The translations under genes and the position numbers were made by a program. A stretch of 63,110 nucleotides of DNA, the filler included, from Nemertoderma westbladi (Eukaryota > Animalia > Xenacoelomorpha): assembly GCA_032718475.1 (NCBI GenBank). It is 3 parts of 3 records of this genome, joined end to end, with 100 filler letters (N's around TTAATTAATTAA, not from the genome) between each part and the next. Parts side by side here need not be neighbours in the genome. Positions count along the whole stretch, not along the records: positions 24,122 to 54,967 come from JAUCBJ010008011.1; positions 55,068 to 63,110 come from JAUCBJ010001226.1; 1 more part is not named here. One strand, given 5' to 3'. The notes under the pieces are model-generated. The model was not told the DNA's origin. It saw only the letters and a list, made by a program, of their open reading frames with translations, and searched no databases. The stretch's first letter is position 1. Each line of letters opens with the position of its first letter. Positions 52,163 through 63,110 of this stretch are shown piece after piece.

Positions 52163-52370
52163 ATCGATGTGTTCTAACTGCGCCGCGAGCTGTTTCGGTG
52201 ACTCCAACTGTCTACAGTTCTGTGGCGACGTCTGTCTCGGTAAACGCAAAAGGGTCGCACCTTATGACGCCATGGCAACGAGGAAGACGCGTGGTTGTCA
52301 CCAGTGTATTGAAGGGTGCAACGGGAATCAAGACTGCCAGCAGTTCTGCGGCGATACCTGTCTCGGCTAA
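52163..52370 (+). CDS. Secreted cysteine-rich multi-peptide precursor, coding exon 2 (peptides 3-4)
   Basis: Acceptor TTACTTAAACAG|A (phase 2) restores CG+A = Arg of a KR site and is in frame. Two further CX2CX3CX5CX3CX3C-LG repeats; TAA at 52368-52370. Confidence 0.85.
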
Positions 52371-52889
52371 TCACCAGAATTTAACTACCTTTTTTCTCAT
52401 AACAACTTTTATGGATGATGTTTATTAGATGTGTCTAAATTATTTTTCCCCATAGTATCTATCATTAGCCCCTCCACATTACCAACCAACTGTATCGCAT
52501 GTAAATGTGACAATATAAACAATAATTGTGTTACAAACCACCACAGCGAAGTATTGCAGTGTTCATTATAATTATCATACCAAAAATTATTCATAGTTGC
52601 TAATATCATTAGTAAGATTGAAGAAACACAGGATAAACTGATTTTTCCTTCGGATATCAAACAGCTCTCGTATTGTTTTAGACAAGTCAATGTACAATCT
52701 GTACCTCGAAAAGTTACGAACGCTAATAGTCGGTCAATCATTGATGAAATTGAACCGCACTGGGTACGCGTCATGTAGTCTATCAAAAGTTTAGAAATTA
52801 TTATACATACAGACACAGACTTCTATTACTAATCTGCCGGCCGCTAGGAGGCGAATTGTAAGAAACATAGAACTAGCTATAATTATAAA

Positions 52890-53110
52890 ACCAACGTTGT
52901 CCTGCTCCACTAATTGTACTGCAGAACAATGCCATTTCCTATCACCAGTTGGCTGCCAGAGATCGTTTAACATGCCTTGCCCATTGGAAGAGATCTTCAG
53001 CAGATCTCCCAATCCTAGGTAGCAGAAGTCTCCTGAATGACCAACCGGGCCAATCAGCGTCTGAACACACTGAAGTTTGGTGTGAACAACTTGGGGTATC
53101 CGCTCCACTC
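52890..53110 (-). pseudogene. Heavily decayed RTE-like RT C-terminal fragment
   Basis: GDFCYLG resembles DDFCYLGS of the RTE copy at 55230; little else is conserved. Confidence 0.3.
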
Positions 53111-54363
53111 CAGGTAGGTGTACGTTAGAATTTCGCATTTTTACAATTAGACAACAATAATTGGTAATGCCTGTTCGACACTGCTGAAAAGTGTTTGGAT
53201 ACCATCCATTCAACGGCAAATCAGTAAGTATGAGGTCCTTCAAGTGGATTTGTAGTCTTCCTCTGCTTCGACTACCAGTGATCTGATTGCAGCAACGGTA
53301 ATGGTAGGCTTACTGCTTATCGTCCTACTGCTTATCGGCCTACTGCTTATCGGCCTACTTATAGGCCTATTGTAGTCACTATAGGCCTATTGTTATTTTC
53401 CTTACTAACTAATAATGTTCAACCAAATTCTACCCCCATTTTTATTTGTGCTGATCTAATGTTTGTGTGCCACATTAATGTTTGCGGCCATCGTACTTTC
53501 GTAAAAAATCCATATTACTGAAACTTCAATTACATTTTCTAAATGTGAAGAATTTATGTCTTGTAAAGAAACCCCATTGTAATTATAATAAGAAAAATAG
53601 TGTGATAATCAGATCTAATATACCGGAACGCTATAGGCATTCGACCAACTTTGTATTTTATGAATCAACAACTCAAACTTAAATTCATGTCTAATATTCT
53701 TATTATTACATTTCTGAATGAAATGGCTCCAAATTTTTTTTATAACCAACTCACTCTCGTCAAAGTTTAAATACTTAAAATATGCCACCAACCCCTACTA
53801 ATTTTTTTTAATTATTACCAATTGACACCTTCAAATATCGGAATCAATATTATCATATAATTCCTCATCGCAGCTGATAGGGCCTATCGAAAATCTAGAC
53901 ATGATATAAAGTCGCCCTACCTAAAAGCTTCCTATCTCTTCACAAATCCAGCAATGTGTCATAACTCTCTGCTATAACAATAAACACTTAAATCCCTTCA
54001 ACATAAATTCAATCCCCCGTTACAACTGTTCCAACGTAAAAAATATTATTTAGAACCAAATTGATAAAAAAAAAAACAATAATTCCTAAATTGTGGTGGT
54101 CTTCTTGTTCATTCACAGCGTATTTAATCGAATACCTGAATCTTCAAATAGCGTTCCAATACCATTTATATTCCAATGTAAAGAATATGATGGGAAATAA
54201 AATTTGTGTTGGTTGTATAATAAACTAAAACATTAGAAGCATGGAGGCCGGATGAACGAGCAATTATTTATATTAGGAGGTCCATTACCTAATTATTTAC
54301 CGGTAATAATTTGCGCCATAATGTTTTGATAGCCTAATTCATCTATAATTTAAACCTATATAT

Positions 54364-54434
54364 GGGTCATTCTCTTCAAAAGTGGCCAAAATGGTGCTCA
54401 AAAATAGGTGCTCCACTTTTGAAGAGAATGACCC
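54364..54434. mobile_element. 71-bp palindromic MITE remnant
   Basis: Perfect 22-bp TIR GGGTCATTCTCTTCAAAAGTGG / CCACTTTTGAAGAGAATGACCC inside a (TA)n site. Confidence 0.8.
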
Positions 54435-54967
54435 ATATATACATTTTTAATATGTGACGTGGTTTGGAACGAACCCCTATCCTTTAGCTTCTACTAAATT
54501 CCATGCCATATTATCTTGTGTATGCCCTTGCAGACTTGCAGTGCGGTGTAATGTCATGTAATCATGTACCTTAAAAATTCAGGGCAATAATGCGGGCGGG
54601 ACTGTTCCATGCCATAGTTTGATACTATGCCATAGGCCTACTATGAAGATAAACTATGGAGTCCATGTCTGCAACTAAATGTGGAATATGGTTATCAGTA
54701 CCTAATATATTTATTACCCATAATTACCCAAATTATTGGTATTATACATGAACATAGGGGGTAAACACTAGGCCTCCACACCTGCACCTACAGTAGGCCT
54801 ACTTGTAGGCAGGTTAGTAAAGGAGAGCAGGTTACAGAGGCGGGTTGAAACGAACAAAAACAATAAACGAGAGTTCGGAACATTGTAGAAAATCAAATTT
54901 AATTGAGAATCAACAGTCAGATGTATAGGCCTACCGACTTACGGTACATGTACTATAGGTGTATGTG

Positions 54968-55067
54968 NNNNNNNNNNNNNNNNNNNNNNNNNNNNNNNNN
55001 NNNNNNNNNNNTTAATTAATTAANNNNNNNNNNNNNNNNNNNNNNNNNNNNNNNNNNNNNNNNNNNN
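54968..55067. other. Scaffold gap with artificial linker
   Basis: 100 bp of N with TTAATTAATTAA at 55012-55023. Confidence 0.97.
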
Positions 55068-55865
55068 AAAAGAGGGAGCCCAACGGCTCCTCAGCTCATT
55101 AGAACATGCTGCTTCTAGTGTTGGTCTTTTTATTAACTCCAGAAAGACAAAAATTCTGACAGTTAACTTTGAAAGTCCTCAGCAAATCTCTGATCGGATG
55201 AGCATAAGCTCAATGGATGGTATGCTTGAGCATGTGGACGACTTCTGTTACCTGGGATCATGGATCCGGAAGTCAGGTGAGGACCTTCGAATACGTAAGG
55301 GAAAGGCATGGGCAGCCTTGAATAGGCTTTCCAGGATTTGGAAGTCACCGAGAATTAATCGGAAACTTAAGGTCCGATTATTTAGAGCAGCAGTAGTTCC
55401 AGTACTCCTCTACGGGAGTCTATGCTGGGCTCTAACTGCTGAGGACACCAAATCTCTGGATGGCACATTCACAAGAATGCTACGCCGGGTTCATTGTGTC
55501 AAGTACAATGCACACATCTCCAACCAGACACTATATAACATTGGAGGTGTCTCATTGGTTCCCCCAAGCTTGACACTAGAACAAAATCGCCTCCGCTTTG
55601 CAGGACATTGCTTTCGCCGTGAGGACCAGCCAGTGCATAATCTTGTACTTTGGCAGCCTCATGGAGTGAATAAGCATGGTGGACAGTCCATGACTTTCTT
55701 GAGACGCATCTTAAAGGACACTGGCCTTGAAGATGCGGATGATCTAGCAAATGTCATGGGTGATAGGGAGTTGTGGCGGTGCAATTTTGTTGACAAGCCG
55801 GCACAGCATTCTTAAAAATGCAGCTGCAATGCAACATGCCGATCCTAGTAGTAGTAGAAGAAGAA
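55068..55865 (+). mobile_element. 3' end of an RTE-clade LINE
   Basis: VDDFCYLGSWI..LKVRLFRAAVVPVLLYG..RLRFAGHCFR..DRELWR; stop at 55815; (AGT)n(AGA)n tail. Confidence 0.92.
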
Positions 55866-55994
55866 AAGACTATCTATTAAGGCCTGTTTACAAGTGGAAA
55901 CTTTTAAAGCAACTTTCTCGGCAACTATCGCAAGTTTTTTTGGAGCAACTTAATTTAATCGCTGTTTACACGTGGCAACTTTACCATCAACTTG

Positions 55995-56600
55995 GCCGGC
56001 ATACCACGAGTTATCAGTTTATTAAATAGCTTAAAATGGTTGACGCGATCATAAGCTTTTGAGGCGTCTAACATAAACGTTATAGAACAAGGGTGACAAG
56101 AAACCTCCAAGCCGGGTCCCATTTGTAACCAAGAAGGATGGGGACAAATATACCGTCCCAACAAACACGTAACAATTGGTTACGGTACCAGAAATGAATT
56201 AAACGCACTACATATATTGGAATACCACGAGTTATCAGTTTATTAAATAGCTTAAAATGTTTGACGCGATCATAAGCTTTTGAGGCGTCTAACATACGTA
56301 TACACACGAGTTGTTGGTAATGTAATAATTCATAATTTCCTAAACACACAATTCCGTGCCTGACTTAGCTTTAAAACCAAATTGTTTGTCGGATGTATCT
56401 AGGTAATTAATACAACGTTCTAGAATAATATTCTCTATTAATTTACTTAAAATCGTGGACAATGCAATGCCACGGTAGTTATCTTTGCTGGTTAGATCAG
56501 CTGTTCTATCTTTAACCAATGGTACGATAGTGGAAGATATCATATCTGCAGGCATGTAATTGTGAGTAAAAATTGCGTTTACTAAGGCACAAATTGCACC
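55995..56600 (-). pseudogene. Decayed LINE RT fragment (Proto2/RTEX-like) with an internal ~75-bp duplication
   Basis: IVPLVKD..NYRGIAL..QFGFK..MLDASKAYDRV; the segment at 56001-56075 repeats 56223-56295. Confidence 0.82.
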
Positions 56601-57883
56601 AATGAGATTATAGATTTATCTATGTTTTTTTTTCTATTTATCTATCGCTCCCTGCTGTCTTGGTTACTATTAATAACAGAGTGTATTATTAACTATTTCT
56701 TGTTGCAGTTACCTGATATAGGAAATTACCTAATATAAGGTATTTTTTATACTAGCTATAAAATAGTATGCTCGTTAACATGTTAGGTATTATTTTTATA
56801 ATTATATTACATTTTTTTAAATAGTTCTAAATTAATATATTAGCTAGTTTTTGTTATTTTATATTGGTATTCTAGAACATGTTTGCTGGTATATAAAAAT
56901 GTTCCAGAATTTTTTTCTGTAACCTTTTTAAGAGGTCTAGAACATAGTTCTAGAATTTTTGTATATCGTGAACAAAACATACAAATATAAGAAATGGCCA
57001 ATATTATCTATTATACATCTTGTTAAGTAATCAATAAATTTAACAATAAAACAACATATTATATTGTGTAAATAATGTAGCTTTATCTCACTTCGGTCCA
57101 TCGTTTCAATATTTCACTCACTCGCTCCGACCGATGAAATCACCGACCAGGAAAACCCCTATGTCGGAATTTTTAGGCAGGTGATGTACTTATTTATTTT
57201 TTACAACCAGTTTGAATAATCTCTCATTTTTTTATAAAAAATGGCGGGAAGCTTTGAACATTTTGAATGTTTTTTTCTCGAAAAGTAATTTTTTGTGTTT
57301 TTTTTAGACACAAAGGTACACTTTTCTGAGGAACTACTGAATGAAATCTCATGATATTTTTAGGAAATGTTCACAACAACGATTGGCCTATGCATGACTA
57401 GAATTTTGTAGGTTGGAGCGGTGGAGAGTGTAGGTGGAGAGATTAAGAAGTTATTAAGAAAACAGTTGTTGAAATTTCGATTTTTGGTCAAAAACCGAGC
57501 ATTGTTTACAAAAGTTGCCGTAAACAAAAAAAAATTTTTTTTAGTCTTGCTCTTGTCCGAATGGTTGATACAGCTACCTGAAAAATTTCAGAAAATTAAC
57601 TTAAGAAAATCTTAGAGTACCCTTCAACCTTAAGTAATCCAGAAATTAAGCAACATTATATATTGTGTATGGTGTACCTTTATCTCACTTCGGTCCCTCA
57701 TTTCAATATTTTACTCACTCGTTTCGCTCGTTCGTGTAGATATTAACACTCGGGACCGGCGTGATATAAAGTGTTACATTATAGGCCCACACAATATAAA
57801 AAAATAGTTATTATTTTAGTATATTTTTTAAGTTTAATTCATAACTTTTTGTCGTCAAATTAAAAATAAGAAATAATAATAAG

Positions 57884-58666
57884 ATGAAGAATAATATGAT
57901 TGGAAAGGAAGTCGGATCTGGAAGAGACAGACGGGTCTACCTCTTCGAGACTGTAGTGCAGCCTGGTCTGGCCGAGTTCTTCGGTACAATGATGTTCGTC
58001 ATAGTCGGGTCTCTCAGTGTAACTTCGGGTAGTCCTGTTGGCCCAGCATTGGGGTTCGGCATATCCATCGCATACTTAATCATGTCTATTGGTAAGATCA
58101 GCGGTGGTAGCTTCAACCCGGCAGTCAGCGCCGCTTTAGTTTGGACTCGTCAGCTGTCTCCAGCTATGGGCCTTGTTCATCTTATCGCGCAGCTGCTAGG
58201 CTCTACCGTGGGGGCTGCTTCTGTGTATGCTGCGTTGCCAAGTGATGTGTACACAGCAATCAGTGGCGGCAGTGTAGCACCGAACCCGTTGATGAAGGAA
58301 ATGCAAATATTTTACGTGGAGATGCTTCTCACGATGGTTTTGGTGTTTGTCGTTCTCTGCGTGGCTGTAGATGAGAAATACAGTCTGGGTAACGGTGTCG
58401 CGGGTCTCGCCATAGGGTTCACCATAGTTGTCCTGATATTGGCGAGTGCCAATCTATCAGGTGGAGGAATGAATCCAGCCAGAGTTTTTGGTCCAGCGCT
58501 CATCGCCAACAGGTGGGAGTACCACTATATGTATTGGTTGGGCCCCCTAGCGGGATCTATGTGCGCCACACTCCTCTACAAAATCCTATTGGCTGCAACA
58601 CCGCGACGAATCATTTTCAAACATGAAGAAGATAAAAATATTACGGTTGTTACGGTATTACGGTAA
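57884..58666 (+). CDS. Aquaporin (MIP family), AQP8-like, single exon
   Basis: 260 aa; AEFFGT, ISGGSFNPAVS, AQLLGS, VEMLLT, GLAIGF, SGGGMNPARVFGPA, YWLGPL; six hydrophobic segments. Confidence 0.95.
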   Translation: MKNNMIGKEVGSGRDRRVYLFETVVQPGLAEFFGTMMFVIVGSLSVTSGSPVGPALGFGISIAYLIMSIGKISGGSFNPAVSAALVWTRQLSPAMGLVHLIAQLLGSTVGAASVYAALPSDVYTAISGGSVAPNPLMKEMQIFYVEMLLTMVLVFVVLCVAVDEKYSLGNGVAGLAIGFTIVVLILASANLSGGGMNPARVFGPALIANRWEYHYMYWLGPLAGSMCATLLYKILLAATPRRIIFKHEEDKNITVVTVLR

Positions 58667-58872
58667 TTAGGGTTGTTACGGTAATTAGGGTTGTGACTTA
58701 CTGTGACTGTATCTTTAAGAGAGGTTACTGGGAATATGTAGGCGACCCCTTTACAATAAAGTAGAACCTTAGAGCACCTGTTCATAGTTTATCCATATTT
58801 TATCAATATTATTTAACTTTTGCTGTTGGGTGTTTATTATTATCCTGATGAATTGTAAATATAATAGTGGCC

Positions 58873-59801
58873 AGTGGGGTCGCTTAAGGCTAAAATATAG
58901 CAAAATCGTTAATTGCCGGACAAAAGCATGAAAATGTGACTATATACTGTATGTAAAAACTACCGGTACTTCCATAGCAACAGAGTGACGTTTTCATAGC
59001 AACCGGATACTTTTGGTCGTATCTGTTATTGAAACTCGCCATATAGAAAAACTACGATTATATAACTGGGTTGGTTTAAAATAGAAGTCGTGTATACGTT
59101 TCCATAGCAACAGGGTGACCTTTCCCTAGCAACCGCTGTATATTAATGTAGGGCCTAATTATGATTGAGACTTGGGATAATCAACCTGTCTAGCAATAGA
59201 AGATGGTTTGTAGTGAGATCGGCGCTGCTACACGTTTCCAAAGAAACAAGGTGACCTTTCCGTAGCAACTGCTATGTGTGTTAATATATCAATTACACCG
59301 CCTCCTGTATTAAATTATTTTTAGTTTTAGCTCTTGTTATTGATCTTATACCCCCTACCCTTGACCCTTGTGGGGTGGGGTGGGTGCCCATATATATACC
59401 ATACCATATATATATTCCTACATAACTTGCATCACAGCTCCAATATAACTACTAACATCTTATATTGCTAGACAGGTTGATTATCCCAAGTTTCAATCAT
59501 AATTTCATTAAATATACAGCGGTTGCTAGGGAAAGGTCACCTTGTTGCTATGGAAACGTGTCAGACTTATATTTTTAAACTAACCCAAGTTACACAGTAA
59601 TTTTTGTTTATGGCGAGTTTCAATAACAGAAACGACCAATTTTACTCGGTTGCTATGAAAAAGTCACCCTGTTGCTAGGTAAGTAGTCAATTTTTTTGGT
59701 ACAGGCTGAGATTAATCTACACATTTTTTTTTACATATATAGTGACATTTTCATGCTTTTGTCCGGCAATTTAAACGATTTTCAACTTAAGCGACCCCAC
59801 T
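58873..59801. mobile_element. ~930-bp long-TIR palindromic MITE (possibly Academ-like)
   Basis: AGTGGGGTCGCTTAAG...AATTGCCGGACAAAAGCATGAAAATGT is mirrored at 59746-59801; the arms stay similar for ~330 bp. Confidence 0.85.
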
Positions 59802-60899
59802 ATAAGAGCTGTAGGCCTCACCATCATCTCATCATTTGTTTTTGACCAACCCCCCCCCCCCCCCCTCCCACCCGTGTAATAATAATAATAATATCGCAGT
59901 TTTTTATATTGCAAAAACAAACTGTCCCAATGCAAATTTGTTTGAACCTGGGCAGCTACAACAATGCAGCTAAATGTGCCATAAACAACCGGTAATTGAA
60001 CCGCTAGAAACTGGATGAATATCCCGCTAAAACGGCCGCGTTGGCGGGTACCAACTCTACAGCATACGGATAGCGGAATATTAACGGAATGGGTACATCA
60101 GACGACGCTATTACAGTAGCACGGTATTCGCGGGAAATGTATGTCCTTATTGATCGATTGTACAAGGTTACGATCATCTATAAATGTCAACAATCAATTT
60201 ATAATTTTTGGGGAGTTTACCAATAATCATACTCTAAAAGTAAAACAAATAAGTAAGTCATTGTTCATTCAGTTGGCCACTTGGCCTGGGACTCATTCAA
60301 AGTCTGGCGAATTATTTTCCAAATGCGGTCATTCCAGATGATCTACACTCCAACTACCCCCACAGGTAACTCATCTCATTTAAAAATAATAATATAGTAA
60401 TAATAATAATACGAAGCACGGTAATAAAATGGATTAGAAACGTGATCAATACCAAAGTTTGAGATTAAATTTTTCTTTGAATCAGCTGTGATTTACGTAA
60501 ACTTTCGGATCCAAAAGGAGCGAAATAGTAATACGGTAGCTAGGGAAGGGGGATTGTACTAATCCATTGTGTTATTTAACAGAAATGTATGCAGTAATGA
60601 AATATAATGCTTTATCGTTGGCTTTAAATCTTCCTTAGAATCCCATTTAAATCAAAATCTAATTTTGACGAATTTTTTGAGTCGGTGAAACCATTGGCGA
60701 CGTAAGTGACAGTAAGTTCCCCCTAAAGTTATACAAGAAGGCCCGACAGGAATTATAAAATCGTTGACTCTGTGAGTCCTGTATATGATTGATTGAACTT
60801 GATTGTAAATATACAACGGTAACCGGGAAACATGTGCATTGTATGCAATATCATTATATTTATTATTACTTGCAAAAACAAATGTTTCACTAAAACAGT

Positions 60900-61221
60900 T
60901 TAGGCATTTGGTATAGACAGTTCTAACGTAGAGCGGGAGCGATGGATCGCGAGGTGGTCTTTTAGTTTGTCTTTCCTCGCGAACCGATGACCGCAATACG
61001 GACAGCTGAACGGCTTCTCTCCCGTGTGTAACTGCATGTGACGCTGGAGACTGGAGCTCGCGCTGAACTGCTGCCCACAGCCCGGCCACTCACACCGGAA
61101 GTGGCTACGTTTGTGATGACGTAATAACATTGATGAGCTAAATTGGGCAGTGCAACCGGACCAGGAGCACCTGTAGATGTGATTGGGTAGTCCGTCGTCG
61201 CCCGTAGGGATATCCTGGTTG
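60900..61221 (-). CDS. Terminal coding exon of a three-finger C2H2 zinc-finger protein (KLF/Sp/EGR-like architecture)
   Basis: CSWSGC..H..H, CEWPGC..LQRHMQLH-TGEKP-FSCPYC..LKDHLAIH; acceptor TTGTTTTAGTTACCTTAG|C at 61222; stop at 60900-60902. Upstream exons not identified. Confidence 0.82.
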
Positions 61222-61498
61222 CTAAGGTAACTAAAACAAACAGACAAGTTGGTATTGGATGATGTTTCATGAGTAATCCCTTGGTAGCCAATACATCAGC
61301 CTGGACTCAATGGGATACTGCGCATGCGCATATTAGCAATTAATTATGAAATTAGTTAGTGGAACTAAAGGGACTTTACCAGAAGAAGCCTTTTGGCCCT
61401 TGTTACCACATGTATGGGCCACGTGGTTGAGTGATTTCATTTCTTTATTGTAAGGTCAGCAGGCAATTTAAACATAAATATGCGCTTACCATTTGGGT

Positions 61499-62620
61499 AA
61501 TTGCCCCCGGACAATTACTCCCCGAACTATTGCCCCTCGGACAATAGCCCCCGGTCAATTGCCCCGTGGACAATTGCCCTCCGGCCAATGGCCCCCAGAA
61601 CAATTTTCCCCAGACAATTGCCCCCCGGACAATTGCTCCGCGGACAATTGCCCCCCAGACAATTGTCCCAGGATAATTGCCCCAGGATAATTGCCCCCCA
61701 GACAATTGCCCCGAGGACAATTGCTCCGCGGACAATTGCCCTCAGACAATTGCCCCAGGAGGATAATTCCGCCACATACAATTGCTCCCCGAACTATTGC
61801 CCCCGGACAATTGCCCCCGGACAATTGCCCCCGGACAATTGCCCCCGGACAATTTCCCCGTTGACAATTGCCGACCGGGCAATTGCCCCCCGGACTATTG
61901 CCCCCGCGGACAATTGCACCCCAGATAATTGCCCCGCGGACAATGCCCCCCAGACAATTGCCCCAGGCCAATTTTCCCCCCGGACAATTGCCCCCCGGAC
62001 AATTGCTCCGCGAACAATTGCCCACCAGACAATAGTCCAAGGATAATTGCCCCCCAGACAATTGCCCCCAGGACAATTGCCCCCCCCCGGACTATTTAAC
62101 CCGAGGACAATTATTGCCCCCAATGACACCTAACAATAGATTGTCCCCAAGGAAAATTGGAAAATAAATAAGGTCGCTCCCAACTAACAAGTTAGTTAAC
62201 ACTTGTTCCTAACTGCTTCCTAACTTGTTACAACATGAAAAAATAATTTTATATAGTGAAGTTCATTTTATATTTTATAAAATCCATGATTGCTTATTTT
62301 GTGCTCAATAATTCCGATATTTTCCAACTTAAGTAGGCCTATTTCATTACAATTAATACAAATAAAATGTTTACGCACTGAAGTAATTAAATATCATAAA
62401 AAAGGCCTTAGCTATAAGTTCAAATAAATTTTTATAGAAAAAAATCGTGGGTATGTGAAAAACACATAAAAAATTAAAGTTTATAAGTGATGATCAAGGT
62501 TAACATTATAACTTGAATTTCATAAAACCCTAGGAAAACATTCAAAGGATTTTTAAAAATAAATTCTATAAATAAGATATCGGGGTGCAATAGTACGGGG
62601 AGGGGCAATGCCCTAGTTAA
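61499..62620. repeat. Array of (GGACAATTGCCCCCC)n at 61499-62120 with an inverted remnant near 62581-62615; foldback-like element
   Basis: About 40 degenerate 14-15-bp copies; GGGGCAAT-type motifs on the opposite strand ~460 bp downstream. Confidence 0.85.
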
Positions 62621-63110
62621 ATTTTACACACATGATAGGATAACATTAATATTATTGTTAAAGTAGACCTCGTTCTTCGTAATGTTTAATGTTTTAATAT
62701 GATCATACAGAATAATACCAGTACTGCATTGATTATATTACATTGATAATATAAATTGATTAAAACATTGATAAAATTATTACAGTGATAATATTACATT
62801 GAAGTGTCACAAAGTAAACTATCTGTATGTTAAACATTATTATTATTGTTTGGGAACTTGGAAATGTAAAAAATGTTTCTATTTTGAAATGGAAATGAAA
62901 TGTTTCGGTTTAAAAAGTTTAAGTTTCCGTCAAAGTTTTCGAAGGAAATAATATTATAAAATAGAATATAATATAATATAGTACAATAGATAAACAAACA
63001 CATCTCTAAAGCGTATAAGTGGTCTAATTGCAGACATTAATAGTTCAACATCAACATACAATTATTAGTGAATTTCTACTAAAATATATTCATAACATCG
63101 AATTCATTAA

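Noticed and set aside
61484-61495. ATG|GTAAGC donor as first exon of the zinc-finger gene
   Set aside because: It would be phase 0 whereas both candidate acceptors are phase 2, and it abuts a repeat array.

Overview
AT-rich, repeat-dominated invertebrate metazoan DNA with two 100-bp scaffold gaps (N runs containing an artificial TTAATTAATTAA linker). In order: ~3.6 copies of a ~2.96-kb tandem unit, ended by a 5'-truncated RTEX-like LINE with an intact 1.2-kaa ORF2; a 35-bp satellite with nested higher-order structure; MITE/LINE debris; a broken ttll-15-like gene; and several minisatellites. A 63-bp satellite lies inside a tRNA-derived SINE and is split by a young 11.96-kb BEL/Pao LTR element (1257-bp LTRs, CTGTT TSD) that lacks RT and IN. 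A nest of LINEs follows (RTE, then a CR1-group element with a CRE copy inserted in it). Host genes are a two-exon secreted precursor of four 6-Cys peptides, an intronless AQP8-like aquaporin and a C2H2 zinc-finger terminal exon. Two leads stand out. (1) A 161-aa prepro-protein predicted to release disulfide-rich CX2CX3CX5CX3CX3C peptides, three of them amidated. (2) The BEL element has no tRNA primer-binding site; its PBS position is instead a perfect 12-nt complement of a site inside its own LTR, suggesting Tf1-like self-priming. All family assignments come from motif recognition by eye, not from database searches.
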